Of a stretch of 64,000 nucleotides of DNA, positions 10,343 to 19,347 are shown one piece after another (the first letter of the stretch is position 1; each line of letters starts with the position of its first letter). The notes under the pieces were generated by a model that worked only from the letters and a program-made list of their open reading frames with translations, searched no databases and was not told where the DNA came from. This stretch comes from Candidatus Latescibacterota bacterium (GTDB taxonomy: Bacteria > Latescibacterota > UBA2968 > UBA8231): contig OZ241867.1 in NCBI GenBank assembly GCA_965203175.1, positions 256,001 to 320,000 of the forward strand. The letters are read 5' to 3'. The position numbers were made by a program, and so were the translations under genes.

Positions 10343-11614
10343 ATGGAACGGCTTTCACTCCTGTCTGAAGACCAAGTTCGCGCCGTCCAGCGCCAGTTTG
10401 GGACGCCCACCTTTGTCTATGATCAAAAGGCGTTGGAATCCCAAGCCCAAAAGGCACTGGCCTTCCCCAATGCATACGGCCTGACGGTGCGCTACGCGGT
10501 GAAAGCTTGTCCGGCAGCCGGTGTGATCCGCATTCTCAACCGCGCTGGCCTGCACATCGACGCGAGCAGTGGCCACGAAGCGCTGCGGGCCATGCGCGCT
10601 GGCATCCCCGCGGTCCAAATTCAGATCACGGCCCAACAACTACCTGACAATTTAGCAGACCTAGTGCGCCAAGGCGTCCTCTTCAACGCCTGTTCTCTGC
10701 ATCAACTCGCAGCCTACGGCCGACTTTTTCCGGGCCGCGAAGTCTCTGTGCGCATCAACCCAGGCCTAGGCTCGGGACACAGCAACCGCACCAATACGGG
10801 CGGCCCTTCGTCGAGCTTCGGTATCTGGCATGAACACCTCGACCAAGTACTTGCAACAGCCGCCGAACACAACCTGCAACTCACTGGCTTGCACAGCCAT
10901 ATCGGCTCGGGCAGCGATCCAGAAGTCTGGCAGCACTGCGCCCGACTGACACTTGGCGTGGCTGCCAAGCTGCCCGAGGTGAGGCGCGTGAATATGGGCG
11001 GCGGTTTCAAAATTGGGCGCATGGCCGACGAAGTATCGACCGACTTGCGCGAGGCCGGCCAACCTGTCGCCGACGAATTCAACCGCTTCGCCCGCGAGCA
11101 CGGCCGCAAACTGCATTTGGAAATCGAACCTGGGACCTTCTTGGTGGGCAACGCCGGCGCTATCGTCTGTAGCGTCGTCGATGTAGTCGATACCGGCCAG
11201 CAAGGCTACTCCTTCATCAAGATCGATAGCGGGATGACCGAAGTGCTGCGTCCCAGCATGTACGGAGCGCAACACCCCATCGTCGTAGTCCCGGCCACTC
11301 CAGAAGAGCGCGACCAAGGCGAGTACCTAATTGCCGGTCACTGCTGTGAAAGCGGGGATATTCTCACGCCTGCATCCGGCAATCCCGAAGAACTGGAACC
11401 TCGCGTACTCACCGAGCCGCGCATCGGCGACGCGGTCTTTATCGGCGGCAGTGGAGCCTATTGCGCTGGCATGGCCGCCAAAAACTACAATTCCTTCCCG
11501 GAAGCATGTGAAGTGCTGCTCGGCACAGACGGCGAGTTCCATCTGCTGCGCCAGCGACAAACCCTTGACCAAGTCGTAGCCAACGAGTCCCTACCCGCTT
11601 TCCTCAGCGCCTGA
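10343..11614 (+). CDS. lysA: diaminopimelate decarboxylase
   Basis: YAVKA PLP lysine, HIGSG, GGGF, EPGTFLV, CESGD, GAYC...YN. Confidence 0.92.
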   Translation: MERLSLLSEDQVRAVQRQFGTPTFVYDQKALESQAQKALAFPNAYGLTVRYAVKACPAAGVIRILNRAGLHIDASSGHEALRAMRAGIPAVQIQITAQQLPDNLADLVRQGVLFNACSLHQLAAYGRLFPGREVSVRINPGLGSGHSNRTNTGGPSSSFGIWHEHLDQVLATAAEHNLQLTGLHSHIGSGSDPEVWQHCARLTLGVAAKLPEVRRVNMGGGFKIGRMADEVSTDLREAGQPVADEFNRFAREHGRKLHLEIEPGTFLVGNAGAIVCSVVDVVDTGQQGYSFIKIDSGMTEVLRPSMYGAQHPIVVVPATPEERDQGEYLIAGHCCESGDILTPASGNPEELEPRVLTEPRIGDAVFIGGSGAYCAGMAAKNYNSFPEACEVLLGTDGEFHLLRQRQTLDQVVANESLPAFLSA

Positions 11615-12634
11615 GCCGCGCAGCTTCGGGTCCAGCGCATCGCGCAGCCCGTCGCCCAACAGGTTGTACAGGGTCACGGTCGCAAAAATGGCCAAGCCCG
11701 GCACGACCACCAACCACCAGGCTGCCGCATTACTGCGCGCCCCAGCCAGCAGGGCACCCCAAGTGATCACTTCTGCTGGTATCCCTATCCCTAAAAAGCT
11801 CAATCCCGACTCGGCGAGGATGGCACCTGCGACCCCGAAGGCCGCCGGAATCAGGATTGGGCCGATGGCGTTGGGCAGGATGTGACGGAACATGATCCGC
11901 CTGTTTGAGTACCCGAGGCTGCGCGCAGCGACCACGTAATCGTAGCTGCGCACCTGCAAGAATTGTGAGCGCGTCAGACGGGCGATACCGACCCAACTCG
12001 TAAGACCAATAATGATCATGACGAAAAACAGGCTCGGCGGAAAAAACGCCGCGACCGTCAATATCAGGAAGAAGCTGGGGATCGCGGCCCATAGTTCGAA
12101 AAGGCGCGAGAGTGCCAAGTCAACCCAGCCTCCGAAGTAGCCAGCCAACGCCCCCAAGACCAAGCCAATGGCCAGCGATATGCCCACAGCCACTAGACCG
12201 ATGGTCAAAGCGTAGCGCGTGCCGTGAATCAGCCCCGAGAGCACATCGCGGCCCAAGCGATCCGTGCCCAACCAGTGCTCAGCCCCCGGGGGCTGGTACT
12301 TCTCCCGCAAGCGGATTTCGCCTGGAGCATAAGGCACCGGCGGGAAGATGGCCTCCTCTAGCTTGAGCTTTTTGAAGTTGCGGCGACGCTTCAATTCCAC
12401 TGGCCAGTCCACTACCCCTAGATAGACTGCGTATTGGCGGAAGGCCGGAAAGTAGGTCTCGCCCTTGTATTTCATGTAGTACGGCTTGTCGCCGGCCAGT
12501 AAGTCGGCGCTCAAGGCCAAGATTCCCAGCAAGACGATGCCCAAGAGACTGAGCAGAGCGGGTTTGTTCTTCTTGAATTGCTTCCAGACGACCCGCCCGT
12601 AGGACTGCCCTTGTGTAACGGCCTCTGTGCTCAT
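11591..12634 (-). CDS. peptide/nickel ABC transporter permease (OppC/DppC type)
   Basis: HWLGTDRLGRD, YVVAARSLG EAA loop, HILPN, ESGLSFLG. Confidence 0.93.
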   Translation of the reverse strand: MSTEAVTQGQSYGRVVWKQFKKNKPALLSLLGIVLLGILALSADLLAGDKPYYMKYKGETYFPAFRQYAVYLGVVDWPVELKRRRNFKKLKLEEAIFPPVPYAPGEIRLREKYQPPGAEHWLGTDRLGRDVLSGLIHGTRYALTIGLVAVGISLAIGLVLGALAGYFGGWVDLALSRLFELWAAIPSFFLILTVAAFFPPSLFFVMIIIGLTSWVGIARLTRSQFLQVRSYDYVVAARSLGYSNRRIMFRHILPNAIGPILIPAAFGVAGAILAESGLSFLGIGIPAEVITWGALLAGARSNAAAWWLVVVPGLAIFATVTLYNLLGDGLRDALDPKLRGSGAEESG

Positions 12635-13930
12635 TTACACACTCGCAAAGTCAATGCGCGGGTCCACGACCTTGAGCAAAATATCCGCCACTAAGATCCC
12701 CGCCAGCGACAGGGCTGCGCCAATGGTGAAGAGCGCCATGGCCACGGGGTAGTCGCGCACAATGACCGACTGGTAAGCCAAAAAGCCCATGCCCGGAATG
12801 GTGAAGATCGTCTCGATAAACACCGAACCCGCGATCATTCCTGGCAAAAGCCCAGCCATCAGCGTCACGATGGGAATCAAGGAGTTGCGCAGCACATGGC
12901 GCAGCACTACCACTCGGTAGCGCAATCCCTTGGCTTGGGCGGTACGCACGTAGTCCAGCCGCAAATTTTCCAGCATGCTGGTGCGCATATAGCGCGAGAT
13001 ACCAGCGAAGCTGGCGTAGGTCGAAGCTAGCACCGGCAAGACCATGTGGTGGGCGTGGTCAGTCAGCAGCCGCCAGAATCCCCAGTCTTCTCCAGCCTGC
13101 AAGGATTGGATGCCAGAGGCTGGGAACCAGTAGAAGAATTCCTTGTTGCAGAAAAACAAGATCAACAGCATACCAACCCAAAAAGAAGGCATCGACCACA
13201 GCATGAAGGTCCCGGTGGTAACCAAGCGGTCGATAGCGGTGTTTTGCTTGACCGCGATCACTATGCCCAGCGGCACGCCGATTAGGTAGGCAAAGACCAG
13301 GCTGATGAGGTTGATTTCTAGCGTGATAGGCAACCGGTCGAGGATGTGGTCAATGACCGGTTCCTGATCTTTGAAGGAGCGCCCCAGATTCAGCGTCACC
13401 AAACGCCAATCGCCCACCTGCGCCAGTTCCAAACCAGATCCAGCATACGCGTAGTTTTGGGTTGGCGAGAAAAGGCGGCTCTGCCAGAAAGGCGACTCGA
13501 CCAACTCGTTGACGCGCTCGGGACGAAGGCGGCGAAAGTGCGCCGAGAACCGCGCCTTGCGTTCCTCGCCCTCAAGCGAGGCCAACTCGGCCCGCGCCGC
13601 GTCTGACAGTTCATCTAGGACGGAGTCGGCCAACAAGGCCCCTCGGTCGAATGCGCCTAGGTCCTCCACGCGCAAGACCAAGTTGGAAAGCCAGTGCAAA
13701 TACTGGAGATGTAGCGGTTGGTCCAGCCCGAGTTGGCGGCGCAAATCTCGGCGCGTCTTCTCCATGTTCGCTTGGTGGTCGGTGGAGAGACCCTCGCCGC
13801 CAGCAGCCCCGCCCAAGAACAGATCGACCGGGTCGCCGGGTGCCAAGCGCATAATCAGGAAGGTCAGTAGGGTGATGCCGAGGAGGGTCGGGATGGCGAG
13901 CAGAATGCGCTGGACGGTGTACTGCAGCAT
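12635..13930 (-). CDS. peptide/nickel ABC transporter permease (OppB/DppB type) with enlarged periplasmic loop
   Basis: LAPGDP, GLDQPL, DYVRTAQAKGL, HVLRNSL, ETIFTIPGMG, DPRI. Confidence 0.93.
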   Translation of the reverse strand: MLQYTVQRILLAIPTLLGITLLTFLIMRLAPGDPVDLFLGGAAGGEGLSTDHQANMEKTRRDLRRQLGLDQPLHLQYLHWLSNLVLRVEDLGAFDRGALLADSVLDELSDAARAELASLEGEERKARFSAHFRRLRPERVNELVESPFWQSRLFSPTQNYAYAGSGLELAQVGDWRLVTLNLGRSFKDQEPVIDHILDRLPITLEINLISLVFAYLIGVPLGIVIAVKQNTAIDRLVTTGTFMLWSMPSFWVGMLLILFFCNKEFFYWFPASGIQSLQAGEDWGFWRLLTDHAHHMVLPVLASTYASFAGISRYMRTSMLENLRLDYVRTAQAKGLRYRVVVLRHVLRNSLIPIVTLMAGLLPGMIAGSVFIETIFTIPGMGFLAYQSVIVRDYPVAMALFTIGAALSLAGILVADILLKVVDPRIDFASV

Positions 13931-13954
13931 GGTGGGTTACAGAGCGGGACCTTT

Positions 13955-14959
13955 TTACTCCTCTAGTTCCTCGGCCCGCGCAAACGCCGCCTCGCTTTCC
14001 TCAATCAATTCTTTATGGGCGTAAACCGTCCCCAAGTGCAGCCACACCAACGCATTGTCTGGCGTTTGTTCGGAGAGCTGTTCCAAGAGAGGCAACGCAC
14101 CATCGTAGTCCTCTGTGGCCAAATGGACCATGGCGAGATTGTAGCGCGCGTCCCCGTCGTCAGGTTCGAGCTGTAGGACCTGCTCATAGGCCCGCTTAGC
14201 CGCAGTGTATTTTTCTTGTTGCCAGTAGAGGTTGCCCAAGTTGAAATGGGGCTTGAAATCATCGGGGTTCAGCTCTATGACCTTGCGATAATTGGCCTCG
14301 GCACCCTCGTAGTCCTCGGCTTGGGCTTGGGCGATGGCGAGATTGGTCAGGCCATTGAGGTTTTCGGGATTGATCTTGACCACCTGCGACAAGGCACGGA
14401 TGGCTTCATCGAGCTGGCCATTTTCCAAGTAGAGCGACCCTAGGCTGAAAAAGGTGCCCTCGTCTTCTGGATCCGCGGACGCGATCTTCTGGTAGGTGGC
14501 AATAGCCGCATCCGTGCTGTCGATCTGGTAATAGACGTACGCGAGGTTGCGCCAAGCGTCGAGCGCGCTTTCGTCGATGAGGGTAGCGTTGTGAAACGAG
14601 TGCCGTGCCATCGCGTAATTCGGTACCTCGCCTTGGGCGTGGACGACGCCGGCATTGTACTCGCGCGCCCAAAAGTGGCGGCGCGTTCGTTCAGACTCGC
14701 TTTGAAACTTGGGATTGTTCTCGGCGTGCGCTAGGTGCTCAGCCATTTCGCCATAGCGGCCCTCGTCCCCTAAGAGCTTGCCCATGAGCAAGTGAGCCTC
14801 GCTATTTTCTGGCTCGGCCTGCAAGACTAGGGCAAGTTGCTTTTTGGCCTCTTGGGGCTGCTCCTGCTGGATATAGAGCTTGGCCGCGGTCATGGCCGAA
14901 CTCTGACACCCCAATCCGGCGACGATGACGAGCGCCGCCAGCCAGCATACGCGCTTCAT
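13955..14959 (-). CDS. TPR-repeat lipoprotein
   Basis: Lipobox (AGLGC) followed by multiple TPRs (FNLGNLY, YNLAMVH). Confidence 0.85.
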   Translation of the reverse strand: MKRVCWLAALVIVAGLGCQSSAMTAAKLYIQQEQPQEAKKQLALVLQAEPENSEAHLLMGKLLGDEGRYGEMAEHLAHAENNPKFQSESERTRRHFWAREYNAGVVHAQGEVPNYAMARHSFHNATLIDESALDAWRNLAYVYYQIDSTDAAIATYQKIASADPEDEGTFFSLGSLYLENGQLDEAIRALSQVVKINPENLNGLTNLAIAQAQAEDYEGAEANYRKVIELNPDDFKPHFNLGNLYWQQEKYTAAKRAYEQVLQLEPDDGDARYNLAMVHLATEDYDGALPLLEQLSEQTPDNALVWLHLGTVYAHKELIEESEAAFARAEELEE

Positions 14960-15021
14960 TGGCAATTTCCCGCGAGAAAAGCTGCGCGGCGCACGTCCTG
15001 TGCGCCGCGCAACGGTCGAAC

Positions 15022-16044
15022 TCAGAACCCGAACTGAAAGGTAAAGGTGTTGAGCGCGTCGAAATACTCGACCGTAGTGTAGGCGTAATCAACGCGCAAA
15101 TCTTTGATCGTCCCGGCATCCAGATTCAGACCAAAGCCGAAGCTGGTGCCGTAGATGTAGTCGTCATCCGAGTTGGGCGCGTAGTCGAAGCCAGTGCGCA
15201 GGGCAAAGAAATCGCCCAACACGTATTCAGCACCCAACCGGTACTGGTCGTAGGCAAAATTGTTGTGCCGGAAGACCGAGGACAGGTTGAGCGCGTCCAT
15301 ATAGCGATAGCTCAGACCGAGCTCAAACGTTGAGGGCAAGTCTGCCGAGCTAGCCTCCACATTGTAATCGGAAGGTCCACGGCGTAACTCGTTGAGCTGA
15401 CCGCGACGCAACAAGCCGGAACCGCCAAACTGCATCCGCGTGCCAATGTGCTTGAGCGCGACCCCCAAGTCCAAGCCGGCAACCCCGCCTAGATTGGCGT
15501 ATTGCAGACCGGCGCTAAACGAAGCCGCAGTAGCCTCGACGCGCAGGATGCGGTTGACGATATAATGGCTGGTAAACCCAACGGCGATGCGATCAGTCAG
15601 CTCCTTCGCAAAGGTCAGGCCTACGGTGAAGAAGGTCGGCGAAAAGTCCGCACCGGTGCCATCTGGATTGGCCTCGGTCGTCACCGGGATTGGGCCGAAA
15701 TCCAGCGCCTTGATGTTGAGGGCCAGCGCACCGAGGCCCTTGAAGTTAGCACCGGTGGCCAGATAGTTGATGCGGGTATCCGCCAGATAGGACATCGTCG
15801 AGACCATGATGCCCGCGTTGGATTCGGACTTGGACAGGCCTGCCGGGTTCCAGTGCAGAGCCTCCAGACCGGAACTGGTGGCGATTGAGGCACCGCCCAA
15901 GGCCATGTCGCGCGCGCCAACCGGAATCAGCAGTTCCGGGGCCGCGGCCGTACCGGCGCGATCATAGCCGTCGGCAAAAGCCGAGGCCGAGGCGAAAACC
16001 AGCGCCAGCAGGATCGTCGGGATGCGAAAGCTGTGTCGAAGCAT
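15022..16044 (-). CDS. PorV/PorQ-like outer-membrane beta-barrel
   Basis: Signal peptide, LLIPVGARDMALGGA...ALHWNPAGL motif, C-terminal DYAY...FQFGF. Confidence 0.82.
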   Translation of the reverse strand: MLRHSFRIPTILLALVFASASAFADGYDRAGTAAAPELLIPVGARDMALGGASIATSSGLEALHWNPAGLSKSESNAGIMVSTMSYLADTRINYLATGANFKGLGALALNIKALDFGPIPVTTEANPDGTGADFSPTFFTVGLTFAKELTDRIAVGFTSHYIVNRILRVEATAASFSAGLQYANLGGVAGLDLGVALKHIGTRMQFGGSGLLRRGQLNELRRGPSDYNVEASSADLPSTFELGLSYRYMDALNLSSVFRHNNFAYDQYRLGAEYVLGDFFALRTGFDYAPNSDDDYIYGTSFGFGLNLDAGTIKDLRVDYAYTTVEYFDALNTFTFQFGF

Positions 16045-16083
16045 GGAATGGCCTCCTATTTCTCTCTTTGATATCCCGTGCAC

Positions 16084-19000
16084 TTAGAAGTTCTCCAGGA
16101 ACTGCTGCTCTTGGATGATGGCCAGCTTGAGGATCCGACTCATGCCGTGATCCGGCAGTTCGATATGGGCGATATACATGCCGCTGGCCACCGGCAGTGC
16201 ATTGTGGTTTTGCAGATCCCAGCGCGTGAACTGCGATGGGTCGTCCTTCTCAATCGCGCGCACCAGCGTGCCGCTCATGTCGAAGATGCGGATATTCGCC
16301 TTGGTCGGCAGGTGGCTGAAGGTCACGAAGTGGCTGTAGCGGCTGGTCTCCGCCGCGTTGACGCCGAGGTAGGGATTGGGGAAGACATTGATCTTCTCGA
16401 TGTCCTCCTTAAGTAATTCGGCGTTCTCCTCTTGCCCTGGAACGAGAAAGGAAAATACGTCGTTGGCGGTGTTGACCCTGTAAGGGATCAACCTCAGAAT
16501 CTGACCGTCTTCGAGCATCTCCATCTCGTGGTCACCACTTCTTAGCTTGACCCATAGTGCCGCATGAATGTCGAAGGTAACTGCATCGGCTAAGATGCTT
16601 TTGCCTTCGCCGTATTGCTCCAGTGGCGTGTCGCTATAGTCGCTGTCGAAAATGAACAGGTACTCGCGACCACCGAGGTTGCGATCCGCCTCGTCCGAGG
16701 CCAAGTCCCAAGTGCCGTTCTCCGAAGTGGAACCCACGTTCTCGACAAAGCCGATATTGACCTGCCGCGGTGGATCGCTGTCCACTTCCCAAGCGGTAAA
16801 AGGCACATCGACAAAATCTTGAAACGCGTAATTGGGATCGCCCCCGCGCAGATAGCGGTAGCCCTTCTGCGTGTTGGTGCGGCTAAAGCGAATCTCGACG
16901 GTCTTCAGGTCGGCACCGCCGAGCGAAGAGCCGAAGAAATTGGGACCGACATCGGCACCGCCGAAAATGCCACTGCCTCCCCAGTTGACACCGGTTAGCC
17001 AGCGATCCGATCCCTCCCACTCCCAATCACTAAGCGCCAGCGGTGGGCCGAGGACCATCAATTCAAAACCGTGGTCAGGGAGGTAGATGGCCGCTCGCGC
17101 GTCGCCCGGGCCGATCTCGAACTGGTCGGCAAGGAGGGTCGTGCCACCGGTTTCATCTATCAGGCTCCACACGGTGTGGCCCTCTTCATCCGCGCCAAAG
17201 CGGACCTGATAGTTGTGGCCCGTAGTGAGCGTGGGGTTGACAACCACGACCTCAACCTCTCCCTCACTGATACCGGCGGTGTGTTCGGGGGGTATCACGG
17301 CACCAGGTTCGCTCAGATAGCGGGTGCCCGGCGGCGGTTCCTGCGGCACGCAGATCAGGCCCTGCGGCGCGCTCTCTAGGGTGGTGGTAGCGGTACCTTC
17401 GGCGGTGGCGCGGTTGTAGGCCGTCACCGCAAAGTAGTATCGCTGGCCGTTGACCAGCGGGCCGCTGCGAATGTGGTCCTGAGTAATCATGATATTGCGC
17501 TTGATCCCGAAGTCAATGCCGATCTGCAGGGGCACATCGAGCACCACGCCCGACTCCTCGTCGAGGGCAATGCCGAGAATCGTAGTCACACCATTCTCGA
17601 TGTCGAAGGTCGCCACCTTGACGCCCTGCGAAAGCGTGGCTTCGGCCGAGGGCAACTGGTAGAGATTGTAGCCTTCGAATTCGAAGCCGGGCGAACCCTC
17701 GCCTTCGGTGGCCTGAATCGACTCGTCGTCCCAACCCCAATCCAAGATGAGCGCCTCGTCGAGCTCGGCTATGCGGACATTGGGCTGGGTCGGCGGCTTG
17801 GGGACCTGGAAGAAGTTGTTGTAGGCGTCCTGCACGAACTGGTTGGAGAACTTCAGCTTGGAGACGCTGCGCAGGCGGTCGGTAGAAATGCCGCCCAGCA
17901 GCGCGACCACCACTTCCTGGGTGTCGCCCAATGCCATCTCGAAAGGCCCGGTGGCCAGCACGATGCGCCGGTCGCCAGCCGGCAACGGTACGCCATCGTT
18001 CCAGCCGGTGGCTCTGGTCGGATCGCCGTCGAGCGTGAACTTGGTGTCGGCATTGGTCAGTGGATTGGTATAGGGCACGGGGTTTTCAACATCGTCCTGC
18101 GGTTGGAAGCCGCGCAGCAGGTTGTACCACTCCTGAGTGCCCACGTATTCGCCCAGTTCTGGATCGGATATCGCGCTGCCGGCGGCAAAGTACACGAAGG
18201 CCGTCATCGGCAAGTTCTGGTAGCCGGGACGTAGCCCCTCGTTGAAGATGGCCACCGAACTCTCGTCGAGCAGTTGGTTGCCGTCCTCGTCAACGGCGAT
18301 ATTGCCGTCTTCGTCTAGCTGATAAACCGGCACGATCGGGCCTTGCAAAAAGTCGTACCCAACAGCCGGCGGGGCCAAGCCGAAGGAGACGTAGCTATGA
18401 TCGTCGTCAATCGAGTTGTACACATAACCCAAGCTCAGATCGACATCGGCACCGGCAAAGTCGTCGCCGTAATCGCCCAGATCTGGATCGGACCACTGGG
18501 CGAAATACATGTCCTCGATCACGGCATCGTCCGTGGCCTCTGCGGTGCCCTTGTAGATGACCTTGAACTTCTTGAAGATCACGTCGCCCAAGGCGTCGGT
18601 GCGCGCATAGCCCCAAAGCGTAACCTGAGCCTCCAAGCCGATGGGCAACGAGCCGTAGAGATTGGTGGTGGCCCCCTGGTCCAAATCGTTTATAGCAAAC
18701 CAGATTACCTGGTCCGCGTTGGCCAAACCCGGCTCGTCAACCGAGGGGTCGTACTGCCCATCTCCGTCGTTGTCGTAAAAGGGCGCACCCAACTCGGCCG
18801 GCCACTCTTCCCAATCGCGTCCATATTGAGCGCGCACCGCCTCCTCGTGGGCATCGGTGACTTGGCTCAAACCCATGTTGAGAACCTCGGAGGCGTCTAG
18901 CCGCAAATCCGCGGTTGCCCAGTCGCGGCGGATCCGGTAGAGCCGGGCCGTATCGCGGTCTTGGGCTACGCCTTTGGACTCGATGACCCCTGGCACGGTG

Positions 19001-19329
19001 CCGATCTCGTACGTCTGGCCGCCTACGCGCAGTTCTTGGTCATTGCCGTCCTTGACCCGACCGCCCCAGATCATGCCGTCTTGGAAGATGACTTGGGCGG
19101 TTGAGCGCGGGTAGGTCACGCCCGAATTGCCGGTGAGCGGGTCGCGAGCCGACCACCCGTCGCTCTGTATCCACATGGCCATATTGTTGATGTTGAGCTG
19201 GGTCCGTTCGGTGGACACCTCGACATCGTCTTGGGCCAATTTGGCGGCCGGTGCGCCCCGCTCTTCGCGTGCTTGGACATTGCCAACTAGGAAGAGCGCC
19301 GCCAAAAATAAGAAAACAAGCTTTTTCAT
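16084..19329 (-). CDS. large acidic secreted protein with C-terminal T9SS type A/FlgD-like sorting domain
   Basis: Signal peptide; DNDGDGQYD Ca-binding-like motif; FN3-like YYFAVTAY; C-terminal VFPNPY...IRIFDMSGTLVR...WDL...VASGMYI...KLAII. Confidence 0.8.
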   Translation of the reverse strand: MKKLVFLFLAALFLVGNVQAREERGAPAAKLAQDDVEVSTERTQLNINNMAMWIQSDGWSARDPLTGNSGVTYPRSTAQVIFQDGMIWGGRVKDGNDQELRVGGQTYEIGTVPGVIESKGVAQDRDTARLYRIRRDWATADLRLDASEVLNMGLSQVTDAHEEAVRAQYGRDWEEWPAELGAPFYDNDGDGQYDPSVDEPGLANADQVIWFAINDLDQGATTNLYGSLPIGLEAQVTLWGYARTDALGDVIFKKFKVIYKGTAEATDDAVIEDMYFAQWSDPDLGDYGDDFAGADVDLSLGYVYNSIDDDHSYVSFGLAPPAVGYDFLQGPIVPVYQLDEDGNIAVDEDGNQLLDESSVAIFNEGLRPGYQNLPMTAFVYFAAGSAISDPELGEYVGTQEWYNLLRGFQPQDDVENPVPYTNPLTNADTKFTLDGDPTRATGWNDGVPLPAGDRRIVLATGPFEMALGDTQEVVVALLGGISTDRLRSVSKLKFSNQFVQDAYNNFFQVPKPPTQPNVRIAELDEALILDWGWDDESIQATEGEGSPGFEFEGYNLYQLPSAEATLSQGVKVATFDIENGVTTILGIALDEESGVVLDVPLQIGIDFGIKRNIMITQDHIRSGPLVNGQRYYFAVTAYNRATAEGTATTTLESAPQGLICVPQEPPPGTRYLSEPGAVIPPEHTAGISEGEVEVVVVNPTLTTGHNYQVRFGADEEGHTVWSLIDETGGTTLLADQFEIGPGDARAAIYLPDHGFELMVLGPPLALSDWEWEGSDRWLTGVNWGGSGIFGGADVGPNFFGSSLGGADLKTVEIRFSRTNTQKGYRYLRGGDPNYAFQDFVDVPFTAWEVDSDPPRQVNIGFVENVGSTSENGTWDLASDEADRNLGGREYLFIFDSDYSDTPLEQYGEGKSILADAVTFDIHAALWVKLRSGDHEMEMLEDGQILRLIPYRVNTANDVFSFLVPGQEENAELLKEDIEKINVFPNPYLGVNAAETSRYSHFVTFSHLPTKANIRIFDMSGTLVRAIEKDDPSQFTRWDLQNHNALPVASGMYIAHIELPDHGMSRILKLAIIQEQQFLENF

Positions 19330-19347
19330 AATGCGTTCCTCTCTTTC

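Noticed and set aside
11591-11614. 24-bp convergent overlap of lysA and the permease gene
   Set aside because: Short tail-to-tail overlaps are common and there is no further evidence of a regulatory role.
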